Below are positions 19,766-29,783 of a stretch of DNA of 64,000 nucleotides, piece by piece; the first letter of the stretch is position 1, and each line of letters begins with the position of its first letter. Under the pieces are notes generated by a model, which saw nothing but the letters and a program-made list of their open reading frames with translations, searched no databases and had not been told where the DNA came from. A program made the position numbers and the translations under genes. Source of the stretch: Myxococcota bacterium (GTDB lineage Bacteria; Myxococcota_A; UBA9042; PHBI01; JAWLBL01); assembly GCA_041687695.1 (NCBI GenBank), contig JAWLBL010000026.1, positions 1 to 64,000 of the forward strand, in the 5' to 3' direction.

Positions 19766-20515
19766 TCAGACTTCCTTCTTGATGCGCAGGACGCTGACCA
19801 GGTAGTAGCTCTCGGAGTCCGTGTCCTCGACCCGCTCCATGTCCAGGCGGACGCGGTAGTCGGTGTTGCGCAGGGCCTCGAAGAAGCTGCTGGCCACCGG
19901 GCGGCCGGGCTCGGCCAGGAAGGCCGTTCGGCCGGGGGCCAGGTTGTCGCGCAGCAGGCGGAACACGTGGTCGAAGTGCGCCTCGTCGTACAGGACGTCG
20001 GCCATGATGAGGCTGCCGACGTGGCCGTCGAAGCGGTCGTTCTTCCAGTCGAACTCGAGCGTCGTGACGTGCGTGAAGTTGTTCTGGAGCGCGTTGTAGC
20101 GGGCGAACTTGAGCGCTTCGGGGTTCGAGTCGGCGAGGCGGACCCGCGCGCCCTTGGCGGCGGCGCCGAGCCCGGCGGTCCCGAGGCCGCAGTTGATCTC
20201 GATGGCATCCACGCTGCGCATGCGCACGCAGTGGCCGAAGTACGCGGCCATCGCCTTGGAGCAGGGCCAGAGCTCGGACCAGCGCGGCGCGCCCGACGTG
20301 GCGGACTCCGGGGAGGGCGCGAGGCCGTCGCGACCGTGGAGGAGCTCGGCGGAGCCGCGGCGCTGCACGTCGGTGTGCTTGACGGCGGAGTCGAGGCTGG
20401 ACGACTCGGGCACCGGCGCCGTGATGCGCAGCATCTTGGGGCCCGCGTCGACCTCGTAATCCCGAAGCTGGTAGTCCGTCATCATGTCAGAACGCAGGCG
20501 CAACAGCTCCTGCAT
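19766..20515 (-). CDS. Class I SAM-dependent methyltransferase (lysine methyltransferase/METTL21-like family)
   Basis: WSELWPCS, IEINCGLG, ADVLYD, AEPGR motifs; start uncertain (ORF extends to 20635). Confidence 0.8.
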   Translation of the reverse strand: MQELLRLRSDMMTDYQLRDYEVDAGPKMLRITAPVPESSSLDSAVKHTDVQRRGSAELLHGRDGLAPSPESATSGAPRWSELWPCSKAMAAYFGHCVRMRSVDAIEINCGLGTAGLGAAAKGARVRLADSNPEALKFARYNALQNNFTHVTTLEFDWKNDRFDGHVGSLIMADVLYDEAHFDHVFRLLRDNLAPGRTAFLAEPGRPVASSFFEALRNTDYRVRLDMERVEDTDSESYYLVSVLRIKKEV

Positions 20516-20843
20516 CGATACCGATCGTCTTCTCATCCTATCTCCTGGACGGCTCATGACGCTCCGCTTCGGCGGTTCCCCGTGCCTCTTCCGGGCAATA
20601 CGCTGACCCTCCAACAGGGGGCTGTCGGAGTTCATTTCAGCGCAGGCCGCGAAATCGGACGGACAAAGCCGTGCCGGGCGCCGTGAGGCGTCGGTTTGTT
20701 CCCTGAAGCTGCGTGTGGGGGGGATGAGAGCGACCCTAACACACCGCCCCAGGGGTCTAAAGACCCTGGATGGGCCCCCGACCCGAAACCCTCGTGAGTC
20801 AGCGACGTTGACGCGATCGGCGCGCCTCTGTCAGAGTCCCCCC

Positions 20844-21668
20844 GTGATCGACTTAGCGACCAGCATGGGTCCGCGCGTCCGCCTGTCACGCGCGATCGCG
20901 GAGGGGGCGGGGAGAATTTCGAACGCGCGCTTCGGCCAGCTGCGCGAAAGCGCACACATCACCCGAAAGGGTGAGGTCGATTTCGCGACCGAGGCCGACC
21001 GGCTGTCGGAGGCCCACATCGTGCAGGCGATTCGCCAGAGCTTCCCCCACGACGCCATCGTCGGCGAGGAGGGCGGAGAGATGGGCCCGGCGCCCGCCGA
21101 GGCGGCCTGGACCTGGTACGTCGACCCGCTCGACGGCACGACCAACTTCATGCACGGCGTCCGCCGCTTCGCGGTCAGCATCGGGCTGGCGTGCGAGGGG
21201 CGCCTGGTCGCCGGCGTCGTGCACGACCCCATCCACCGCGAGACCTGGTACGCCTGGGAGGGCGGCGGCGCCTTCTGCGACGGCCCCGACGGCGAGCGAC
21301 GCGTGCACGTCTCGAGCACCACCGACGTCGGCGACGCGCTGGTCGCCACGGGCTTCCCCTATGATCGCCGCCAGACCGCCCCGCGGCTGCTCCCTGCGGT
21401 GCAGCGCGTCATGCAGGCGGCGCGCGGCGTGCGCCGCCAGGGCGCGGCGGCGCTGGACTTCGTCGACGTGGCCGCGGGCGTCTTCGACGGCTTCTGGGAG
21501 CCGCGCCTGAAGCCCTGGGACATGGCCGCCGGCGTGGTGCTGGTCCGCGAGGCCGGCGGCACCGTGACGGCCTATGGCGGCGCGCCGTTCGATCTGCACG
21601 GCGACTCGATGGTCTGCTCGAACGGCCTCGTCCATGAGGCGCTGGTGGCGCTCGTCGGAGATGCGTAG
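20844..21668 (+). CDS. suhB: Inositol monophosphatase family protein
   Basis: WYVDPLDGTTNF, TGFPYD, WDMAAG; start estimated at GTG 20844. Confidence 0.9.
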   Translation: MIDLATSMGPRVRLSRAIAEGAGRISNARFGQLRESAHITRKGEVDFATEADRLSEAHIVQAIRQSFPHDAIVGEEGGEMGPAPAEAAWTWYVDPLDGTTNFMHGVRRFAVSIGLACEGRLVAGVVHDPIHRETWYAWEGGGAFCDGPDGERRVHVSSTTDVGDALVATGFPYDRRQTAPRLLPAVQRVMQAARGVRRQGAAALDFVDVAAGVFDGFWEPRLKPWDMAAGVVLVREAGGTVTAYGGAPFDLHGDSMVCSNGLVHEALVALVGDA

Positions 21669-22755
21669 CGCCGCCCTCATCGCCCTCGCCCTCGCGCTCG
21701 CCGCCTGCGCGCGCGACCCGGCGATGCTCGCCTGGGAGGCCGACCTCCGCCAGGCCGATCGGACCCTCGCCCGGGGCGACCTCGAGGCCGGCCTCGAGCG
21801 CCTCCGCGCCCTCGAGCGCACGGCGCCGCGCCCGTCGGACGCCACCTCGACCCGCTTCTCCCAGGCCCGCGCGCTCGAGGCCCTCGGGCGCCTGCCCGAC
21901 GCCGTCCGCCTGTACCTCGACCTCGCCCGCGGCGCCTCGCGCCAGGAGGACCGCGCCCGCGCCCGCTACGAGGTCGCCCGCATCGCCGAGGAGCAGGGCC
22001 ACACCGAGCGCGCCATGGCGATGTACCGCGCCCTCGTCCTGACCTACCCCGACCTGATGCCCGGCCTGCGCTCGTTCCAGCGCCTCCGCATGCTCCACGA
22101 GGAGCAGGGCGAGCCCGGCGTCCGCGACTGGCTGACCTGGACGCTCGAGGCCTATCCCAAGCTCGAGCACACCCGCCTCGCCGACAACCTCGTCTACGAC
22201 GCCGGCGTCCGCGCCTACCGCCAGTGGCAGCGCACCCGCAGCCTCGCCGCCGCCCAGTCGGCCGAGCGCCTGTTCCTGCGCCTGCAGCGCGACCATTGGC
22301 AGACCGGCTCCTGGGACGAGGGCCTGTGGCACCTGTCCTGGCTCTATCACGGCCTCGGTCGCCACCACGACGAGGTGGTCACCCTGCGCAAGCTCCAGCA
22401 GACCCGCCAGAAGACCAACTTCATCGGCAACTACGAGCACACCTACTACTGGGTGGGCCAGATGCGCATCGCCCGCCTGCAGCTGCTCGCCTTCGGCGAC
22501 CCGGCCGCCGCCGCCGACAGCTACGCCTGGTTCCTGGCCGAGTACCCCAAGAGCCGCTGGCGCGACGACGCCCTGTTCTGGCAGGGTTGCGCCTGGCTGC
22601 GCGCCGGCGAGCCCGCGCGGGCCGAGGCCTCGTTCGCCCGGATCCCCGAGGCCTACGAGCACTCCAAGTACCTCGAGCGCCTCGACGCCGCCCGCAGCGA
22701 CCCGGCCGGCGCCGTCTGCGACCCGGCCCCCTTCACCGAGGACGACTGGCCGTGA
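21661..22755 (+). CDS. TPR-repeat lipoprotein
   Basis: MRSAALIALALALAAC lipobox; TPR-like helices such as FLAEYPKSRWRDDALFW. Confidence 0.82.
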   Translation: MRSAALIALALALAACARDPAMLAWEADLRQADRTLARGDLEAGLERLRALERTAPRPSDATSTRFSQARALEALGRLPDAVRLYLDLARGASRQEDRARARYEVARIAEEQGHTERAMAMYRALVLTYPDLMPGLRSFQRLRMLHEEQGEPGVRDWLTWTLEAYPKLEHTRLADNLVYDAGVRAYRQWQRTRSLAAAQSAERLFLRLQRDHWQTGSWDEGLWHLSWLYHGLGRHHDEVVTLRKLQQTRQKTNFIGNYEHTYYWVGQMRIARLQLLAFGDPAAAADSYAWFLAEYPKSRWRDDALFWQGCAWLRAGEPARAEASFARIPEAYEHSKYLERLDAARSDPAGAVCDPAPFTEDDWP

Positions 22756-23519
22756 GCGACAAGCCTCCCATCATCATCTGCGAAGGGGTGGGCAAGCGCT
22801 TCGGCGGCGTCTGGGTGCTGCGCGACGTCTCCCTGGTCGTCCGCCGCGACGAGGTCCTCGGGCTCATCGGCCCCGGCGGCCACGGCAAGTCCGTCCTCCT
22901 CAAGGTGATGACCGGCCTGCTCGCCCCCGACGCCGGCCGCGTCCTCGTCGACGGCCAGGACCTCGCCCGCATGCGGCCGACCGAGCTGGCCCGCGTCCGG
23001 GACGGCATGGGCTACGTCTTCCAGAACTACGCCCTGTTCGACTTCATGACCGTCTACGACAACGTCGCCTTCCCGCTGCGCCAGCAGGGCGGCCACGACG
23101 AGGCCGCCATCGACGCCGCCATCAAGCGCCGCCTGGGCGAGGTCGGCCTCGGCCACGCGCTGCAGCTCTTCCCGCGCGAGCTGTCGGGCGGCATGAAAAA
23201 GCGCGTCAGCCTGGTCCGCGCCACCATCAGCCAGCCCTCCATCGCCCTGTACGACGACCCGACCGCCGGCCTCGACCCGGTCACCTCGTCCAAGATCTTC
23301 CAGCTCATCGACCGCGAGCACCGGTCCATCCCCGGCTGCGCCAGCGTCGTCGTCAGCCACGACATCGACCGCATGAAGGTCGTCTGCGACCGCTACGCGA
23401 TGATCTACCAAGGCCGCGTCCTCTTCGACGGCCCCGAAGCCCGCATCGCCTCGGCCGACCCGCTGGTCGGCGAGTACTTCTATGGGGCGGTCGACAAGCA
23501 CGCCGCGGTGGCCCTGTGA
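22752..23519 (+). CDS. mlaF: Mla/Mce-type ABC ATPase 1 (Walker B Glu replaced by Asp)
   Basis: GPGGHGKS, FQNYALFD, LSGGMKKR, LYDDPTAGLDP, SHD. Confidence 0.88.
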   Translation: MSDKPPIIICEGVGKRFGGVWVLRDVSLVVRRDEVLGLIGPGGHGKSVLLKVMTGLLAPDAGRVLVDGQDLARMRPTELARVRDGMGYVFQNYALFDFMTVYDNVAFPLRQQGGHDEAAIDAAIKRRLGEVGLGHALQLFPRELSGGMKKRVSLVRATISQPSIALYDDPTAGLDPVTSSKIFQLIDREHRSIPGCASVVVSHDIDRMKVVCDRYAMIYQGRVLFDGPEARIASADPLVGEYFYGAVDKHAAVAL

Positions 23520-24297
23520 CCGGCGCGGTCACCGCCGTCTTCGGCCGCCTCGGCGCGGCCTACCTGGGCCTCGCCGCGACCCTCGGCGGCGCCTTCGTCC
23601 TGCTCTTCCGCATCCTGCGCGCGCTCGCCCCGCCGAAGTTCGACGTCCCCGAGACCTGGCGCAACCTCTACAAGGTCGGCGTCAAGAGCTACCCCATCGT
23701 CGTCATGACGGCCCTGTTCACGGGCGCCATCATGGTCGTCCAGACGGCCTTCTACGTGACCAAGACCGGCGCCACCAGCCTCATCGGCTTCGGCGTCGGC
23801 TTCAGCGTCTTCGCCGAGATCGGCCCCATCCTCATCGGCCTCATGTTTTCGGGGCGGGTCGGCGCCAACAACACGGCCGAGCTCGGCACCATGGTCGTCA
23901 CCGAGCAGGTCGACGCCCTGCGCGCCCTGGCCATCGACCCGCTGCGCTACCTGGTCGTCCCGCGCTTCATCGCCATGATGGTCATGCTGACCCTGCTGAT
24001 GGTGCTCGGCGACCTCTTTGCCATCGTCGGCGCCGCCATCACCAGCCAGGCGATGATCGGCCTCGACTGGCGCGTCCTCGTCGCCGATCTGCTGGCCAGC
24101 CACCTGCTCGACGAGTTCCTGATGGGCATCGTCAAGGCCGCCTGCTTCGGCGTGTCCATCTCCATCCTGTCCTGCTGGTTCGGCCTCACCGTCAAGGGCG
24201 GCGCCACCGGCGTCGGCCAGGCCGTCAACAACTCCGTCGTCGCCAACGCCACGGGCATCTTCGCCCTCGACTTCCTCGTGGGCTACCTCTACTCGCT

Positions 24298-24301
<4 letters not shown>
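23516..24301 (+). CDS. mlaE: MlaE-family ABC permease 1
   Basis: EIGP...GRVGA...AELGTMVVTEQVDAL...PR, GGATGVG. Confidence 0.92.
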
Positions 24302-25085
<784 letters not shown>

Positions 25086-25089
<4 letters not shown>

Positions 25090-25829
25090 TCGAGTTCATC
25101 GACATCCACAAGTCCTTCGGGCCCAAGCAGATCCTCAAGGGCGTCACCATCACGGTCGACACCGGCTCGGTGCTGTACATCGTCGGCACCTCGGGCGCCG
25201 GCAAGTCCGTGCTGGTCAAGCACCTCGTCGGCCTGCTCAAGCCCGACTCGGGCCGCATCGTGCTGGACGGGCAGGACATCACCTGGCTCGACGAGCGCGG
25301 CTTCTATCCCATCCGCATGAAGTGCGCGATGGTCTTCCAGCACTCGACCCTGTTCGACTCGATGTCGCTCGTCGACAACGTCGCGCTGCCCCTCAGAAAG
25401 CACCAGGGCCTGTCCACCAGGGCCGCCCGCACGGCCGCCCTCGCCAAGCTGGCCCTGGTCCAGATGGAGCGCGACGCCGACCTCTTCCCGGCCGACATCG
25501 GCGACGGCCTGCGCAAGCGCGTCGCCATCGCCCGCGCGCTGACGCTCGACCCTCAGTTCGTCATCTTCGACGAGCCGACGACCGGCCTCGACCCGATGGC
25601 CGCGATGAACGTCGACAACCTCATCCGCTCGCTACGCGCCGACGCCGGCGTGACCTCGATCGTGGTCAGCCACGATCTGCGCAGCATCTTCACCGTCGCG
25701 GACCGCATCGCGATGCTCTACAAGGGCCACATCCGCCTGGACGGCCCGCCCCAGACCTTCCGCGACAGCGACGACCCCATCATCCACCAGTTCTTCAACG
25801 GCCTGCCCGAGGGGCCGCTCGAGATCTAG
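25086..25829 (+). CDS. mlaF: Mla/Mce-type ABC ATPase 2 (degenerate signature motif)
   Basis: GTG at 25086; GTSGAGKS, FQHSTLFD, IGDGLRKR in place of LSGG, FDEPTTGLDP, SHD. Confidence 0.88.
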
Positions 25830-25849
25830 CGGTAGCGGGGGCCGTGTGC

Positions 25850-26081
25850 CGTGGCGGAAGCCGTGAGCCCTGGCGGTGGCCGTGTGAGCCGTGGCCGTGA
25901 GCCGTGGCCGTGAGCCGTGGCGGTGGCCGTGAGCCGTGGCCGTGGCCGTGAGCCGTGGCCGTGAGCCGTGGCCGTGAGCCGTGGCGGTGTCCGTGAGCCG
26001 TGAGCCGTGGCCGTGAGCCGTGGCCGTGAGCCGTGGCGGTGGCCGTGAGCCGTGGCGGTGGCCGTGAGCCGTGGCCGTGGC
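25850..26081. repeat. Low-complexity tandem repeat of GCCGTG/GCCGTGA/GCGGTG units
   Basis: About 230 bp of mixed 6- and 7-mer units between convergent mlaF and mlaD. Confidence 0.92.
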
Positions 26082-26106
26082 CTCGGCCGGCCTGGCTACC
26101 CCCAGG

Positions 26107-27132
26107 CTACTCCTTCCAGAGGAACTTCCAGGGGTGGCGCTTCATGTCCTTCATCATCTCGCGGATGTCGTCGTACATCTCCTTGTCCGCGAGCAGGGCG
26201 CCGATGGTCCCCTTGCCGCTGGCGATGCGCTCCGTCAGGCCCTTGGCGTCGCCCATGACCTTCTCGGCGCTGCCCAGCAGCCCCGTGATCTGCACCTTGG
26301 CGTCGTCGACGGCGACCTTGCCCGTGTCGGCCAGCGCCGCGTACTTGTCCAGGGTCTTGCGCGCGTCGCCGACCACGCCGGGCAGGTAGCCGCGCACGTC
26401 GCGCGTCAGGGCCTCGGCGTTGCCGACCGTCTTCGCCAGCGTCGTCCCGTCGCCCAGCGCCACGTTGGCCGCCGCCAGCAGCGTGTTCGCCTTGGCCTCG
26501 ATGGCCAGCAGCTCGTCCAGGACCTGCCCGACCTTGGGCTCGTTGGCCGCGACCAGCCCCTCGACCCGCTCGACCGCGCGCTTGACCGACTTCACGGTCG
26601 CGCTGGCGTCCACGATGATCTCGTTGAGGTGCGCCTCGTTCTCGCGGATGAGCTTGGTCAGCGTCGCCAGCAGGTGGTTGGCGTTCATCGCCATGATCTC
26701 GAGCCGCAGCGGCGGCAGCCCCTCGGCGACGTCTCCGGGCTGGTAGGCCTTCTTCAGCGGGTCGCCCGGGTCGATCTCGACGTACTTCTCGCCCAGCACG
26801 CCCTGGGTCGTGATGTAGAAGAGGGCGTCCTCGCGGATCGTCACCAGCTTCTTCTCGTCGATCTCGAGCCGCACGCGCACGGACACGCGCCGTCCGGTCT
26901 TCGGGTCGAGCTCGCCGCCGAGGTACGCGACCTCCTTGACCTTGCCGGCCGGCACGCCCGCGATCTTCACCGGCGCGCCCGGCTTGAGGTCTGCGCTGGT
27001 CGGCACGTCCAGGAACAGCTCGGCGCCGCCGGCCACCTTGAAGTCACCCAGCAGCATCACGAAGGCGACGAGGAGGCCGACACAGACCGTGATGAGGATG
27101 CCGACCTTGACCTCGATGCCACGCTCGTTCAT
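26107..27132 (-). CDS. mlaD: MlaD/MCE-domain protein with a long helical C-terminus
   Basis: EVKVG TM anchor, LKPGAPVKIAGVPAGKV, QGVLGEKYVEIDPG, GKGTIGALL..HPWKFLWKE. Confidence 0.92.
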   Translation of the reverse strand: MNERGIEVKVGILITVCVGLLVAFVMLLGDFKVAGGAELFLDVPTSADLKPGAPVKIAGVPAGKVKEVAYLGGELDPKTGRRVSVRVRLEIDEKKLVTIREDALFYITTQGVLGEKYVEIDPGDPLKKAYQPGDVAEGLPPLRLEIMAMNANHLLATLTKLIRENEAHLNEIIVDASATVKSVKRAVERVEGLVAANEPKVGQVLDELLAIEAKANTLLAAANVALGDGTTLAKTVGNAEALTRDVRGYLPGVVGDARKTLDKYAALADTGKVAVDDAKVQITGLLGSAEKVMGDAKGLTERIASGKGTIGALLADKEMYDDIREMMKDMKRHPWKFLWKE

Positions 27133-27230
27133 GCGCTCGCCGCCTCCGATGCACGCGCCGCCGGTCCGGCGGACACGGATCTATCGCGCATCGGGGCGGC
27201 CAACGCAAACCTTCGCGGCCCCTGCAAGTC

Positions 27231-27977
27231 TCAGCGGCGCTTCGGGATCTTCTCGTGCCCCGGGTTGTTGGGCACGACCGTGGTCTTCTCCTGGACCGTG
27301 ACGGTCTTCTTCTCCTCGGTCTGCTCGGTCGGCAGCTCGGTGTAGCGGATCTCACGGACCAGCCCGTCGACCACGCCCGCCTTCTGCGCCTCGTCGGCCA
27401 GCAGCCACCAGGCGTCGCGGATGCGCGCGCGGTACTTGTCGTGCGGCATCTTCAGGCGCTGGGCGATCTCGACGTGCAGGCCGTCGAGGTACTTGGTCAG
27501 GAAGTCCAGGCGCGAGCGGTTCGACGGATCCTCGCCCATCGTGCCGTACGAGGCCTCGTGCAGCATGATGGTCGCGTGCGGCAGCGCGTACTTCTTGTCG
27601 CAGAAGACCAGCGTGATGGCCGCCATCGAGTAGGCCTTGCTCTCGACCAGGCAGTGCACCGGGCTCTTGAGCGCCTTGAACGTGTCGATGAGGATGAGCC
27701 CCGCCTCGACCGAGCCGCCGCCCGAGTTGATCGTGATCCAGATGGGGTCCTTGCTCTGGCTGTCGAGCGCGAGGACCTTCTCCTGGGCCTTTTTGATCAT
27801 GCCGTGGGAGATGGTCCCGTCGAGGTCGACCACGCGGTTGGTCAGCTCGATGTAGTCGAGCGTCTTGGCCCCCCGCTCGGCGGCGTGAGCGGTCGCGCCG
27901 CCACAGGCGGCCGCGGCGAGGGCGACGGTCGACAGCGCGGCGAGCGCTCGGGCTTGGGAGGACAGGCGACGCAACAT
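27231..27977 (-). CDS. ClpP-fold serine protease with an N-terminal signal peptide/lipobox
   Basis: INSGGGSV, AYSMAA (Ser), IMLHEAS (His), RDAWWLLADEA (Asp region), GVVD; N-terminus MLRR...ALAAAAC. Confidence 0.85.
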   Translation of the reverse strand: MLRRLSSQARALAALSTVALAAAACGGATAHAAERGAKTLDYIELTNRVVDLDGTISHGMIKKAQEKVLALDSQSKDPIWITINSGGGSVEAGLILIDTFKALKSPVHCLVESKAYSMAAITLVFCDKKYALPHATIMLHEASYGTMGEDPSNRSRLDFLTKYLDGLHVEIAQRLKMPHDKYRARIRDAWWLLADEAQKAGVVDGLVREIRYTELPTEQTEEKKTVTVQEKTTVVPNNPGHEKIPKRR

Positions 27978-28112
27978 GTGGGACCCCGTGCAGTGGCGTG
28001 TACGGATTGAGTAAGCGAACGGGGGCGTGGTGGCAAGGTCGCCGCTCGTCGCTCGTGCAGGGCGGAAATGACGTGCCCGAACGTTCTATTCCGGCGCGCG
28101 GGCGGCGTCAGC

Positions 28113-28829
28113 CTACTGGTCCTGCAGCTCACCGGGCCGGGGCACGCGCGCCCAGCTCAGATCGTGCCAGCGCCAGCCCAGCGTCAGCAGCGCCGTGTGC
28201 TCGGTGAAGTCGCTGACGCCCGGGACGCCGGTGTCCAGGGTCAGCAGCTTGAGCTGGTATGCGGCGCCCAGCCACAGGCCCTGCGGGCGGTGGCGATCGG
28301 TCAGCGGCAGGTCGAGGCCGGCCCCGAGGTGCAGGCCCAGCCCGACGCGGGTGCGGCCCGCCCCGTCGGCGTCCACCGAGACCACGTCCAGGTCCGCGCC
28401 GCCCGAGACGTAGAAGCTCGACAGGAGCAGGGCCAGCCAGTCCCCGCGCAGCAGGACGATGAACAGCGGGTGGCCCTTGATCTCGGGACCCACGCTGAGC
28501 CGGGTGACCGCCGCCACGCGTCCGTCGCTCGCCGTCGCGTCGTAGGTCGAGGCGAGCAGGCGCGCCTGGACGTCCGCCAGCGACAGGATCGACGCGAGGC
28601 GCGCCGAGACGCCGAGCGCCGGGCCCGGGGTGTCGCCCTCGGCCGCATCGGCTCGCACGACCAGACCCGTGTGCGCCTGCAGGCCCCAGTAGCCCCCGAA
28701 GTACGGTTTGCGCTGCGCGGGCTCGTCCGGTTCCTGCGCCTGGGCGAGCGGGGCCGCCAGCGCGACCGCCGCCAGCGCCGTGACCAGGATTTGACAGCAG
28801 AGCCGGGCCAGCGATGCTTGCGTCCGCAT
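28113..28829 (-). CDS. Putative outer-membrane beta-barrel protein
   Basis: Signal peptide ending AQA; alternating beta-strands (GLGLHLGAGLDLPL, LWLGAAYQ, LLTLGWRW). Confidence 0.65.
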   Translation of the reverse strand: MRTQASLARLCCQILVTALAAVALAAPLAQAQEPDEPAQRKPYFGGYWGLQAHTGLVVRADAAEGDTPGPALGVSARLASILSLADVQARLLASTYDATASDGRVAAVTRLSVGPEIKGHPLFIVLLRGDWLALLLSSFYVSGGADLDVVSVDADGAGRTRVGLGLHLGAGLDLPLTDRHRPQGLWLGAAYQLKLLTLDTGVPGVSDFTEHTALLTLGWRWHDLSWARVPRPGELQDQ

Positions 28830-29556
28830 GGCGCCCTCCATACCACGAACGCCGCCGCCGCGGTGGCCCATCGTCATCGTCCTCCTGCTGGGGCTCGTCG
28901 TCCCCGGCCTCGCGCGGGCCCAGGCCGCGCCGCCGCAGGACGCCGCGACCCGCGCCCTCGCCCTGGTCACCCAGGGCGTCGAGGCGCGCCGGCAGGGGAG
29001 GCTGGTCGAGGCCTGCGACCGCTTCCGAGAGGCGGTCGCCCTGACGCCCACCTGGGGCATGGCCCGCCTCGAGCTCGGCCGCTGCCTGCGCGTCCTGGGC
29101 GACCCGAGCGGCGACGCCGCCGAGCACCTGAGGGTCGCGGCCCAGTACATGCCGGACCGCGCGGCGGTCCCCATGGAGCAGGCGCAGCTCGCCCAGGACG
29201 CTGGAGACGCCGCGGCCGCGCGCGCGCACTGGGAGGCCGCCGCGCGCCTGACGCCCGCCGACGTGCGCGTCATCGGCGCCCTGGCCCTGAGCCCGCCACC
29301 GGCCGAGGGCGCGGCCGCCACATTGGCCCGCCTGCGCCAGCTCGTCGCGCGCTCGCCGGTCAACCTGGCTGCGTGGCGGCGGCTCGCCGAGGTAGCCGAG
29401 GCCGCCGGGGCGCTCGACGAGGCCGAGGCCGCCCTGCGCGCCGTGCTCGAGCGCAGCGCCAACCGGCGCGCCGCCGCCGCCGCCCTGGGCCGCTTCGGGA
29501 CGCGCCATGGCCGGGCCGCCGCCGTCGAGGCGGCGACCCGCGCGCTGGGTCGCTGA
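28828..29556 (+). CDS. Secreted TPR-repeat protein
   Basis: Hydrophobic N-terminus ending ARA-Q; TPR patterns (FREAVALTP, WEAAARLTP); start uncertain. Confidence 0.7.
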   Translation: MAPSIPRTPPPRWPIVIVLLLGLVVPGLARAQAAPPQDAATRALALVTQGVEARRQGRLVEACDRFREAVALTPTWGMARLELGRCLRVLGDPSGDAAEHLRVAAQYMPDRAAVPMEQAQLAQDAGDAAAARAHWEAAARLTPADVRVIGALALSPPPAEGAAATLARLRQLVARSPVNLAAWRRLAEVAEAAGALDEAEAALRAVLERSANRRAAAAALGRFGTRHGRAAAVEAATRALGR

Positions 29557-29702
29557 CCGGCCACCCGCGTCCCGGGCCGTCGAGGGGCGCGTCGCGGCGG
29601 GTCGCGTCACTTTTTTCGAACCTGCGGGAACCCGCGCCCGGGGCCGGTGTCACCAGGGCCGAACGAGCCTTCCCGCCGGGGGCCGGAGCGCCGGCTACGT
29701 CC

Positions 29703-29732
29703 TTGACGCGGAAACGAAATCGGACCTATCGT
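29703..29732 (+). promoter_or_regulatory. Putative sigma70-type promoter for gltG-like gene 1
   Basis: TTGACG-N18-TATCGT upstream of ATG 29784. Confidence 0.45.
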
Positions 29733-29783
29733 TCCGGCCGCGTTGGACGCGACCGGGCGCTCGCAGCACAGAGGTGACGACGA

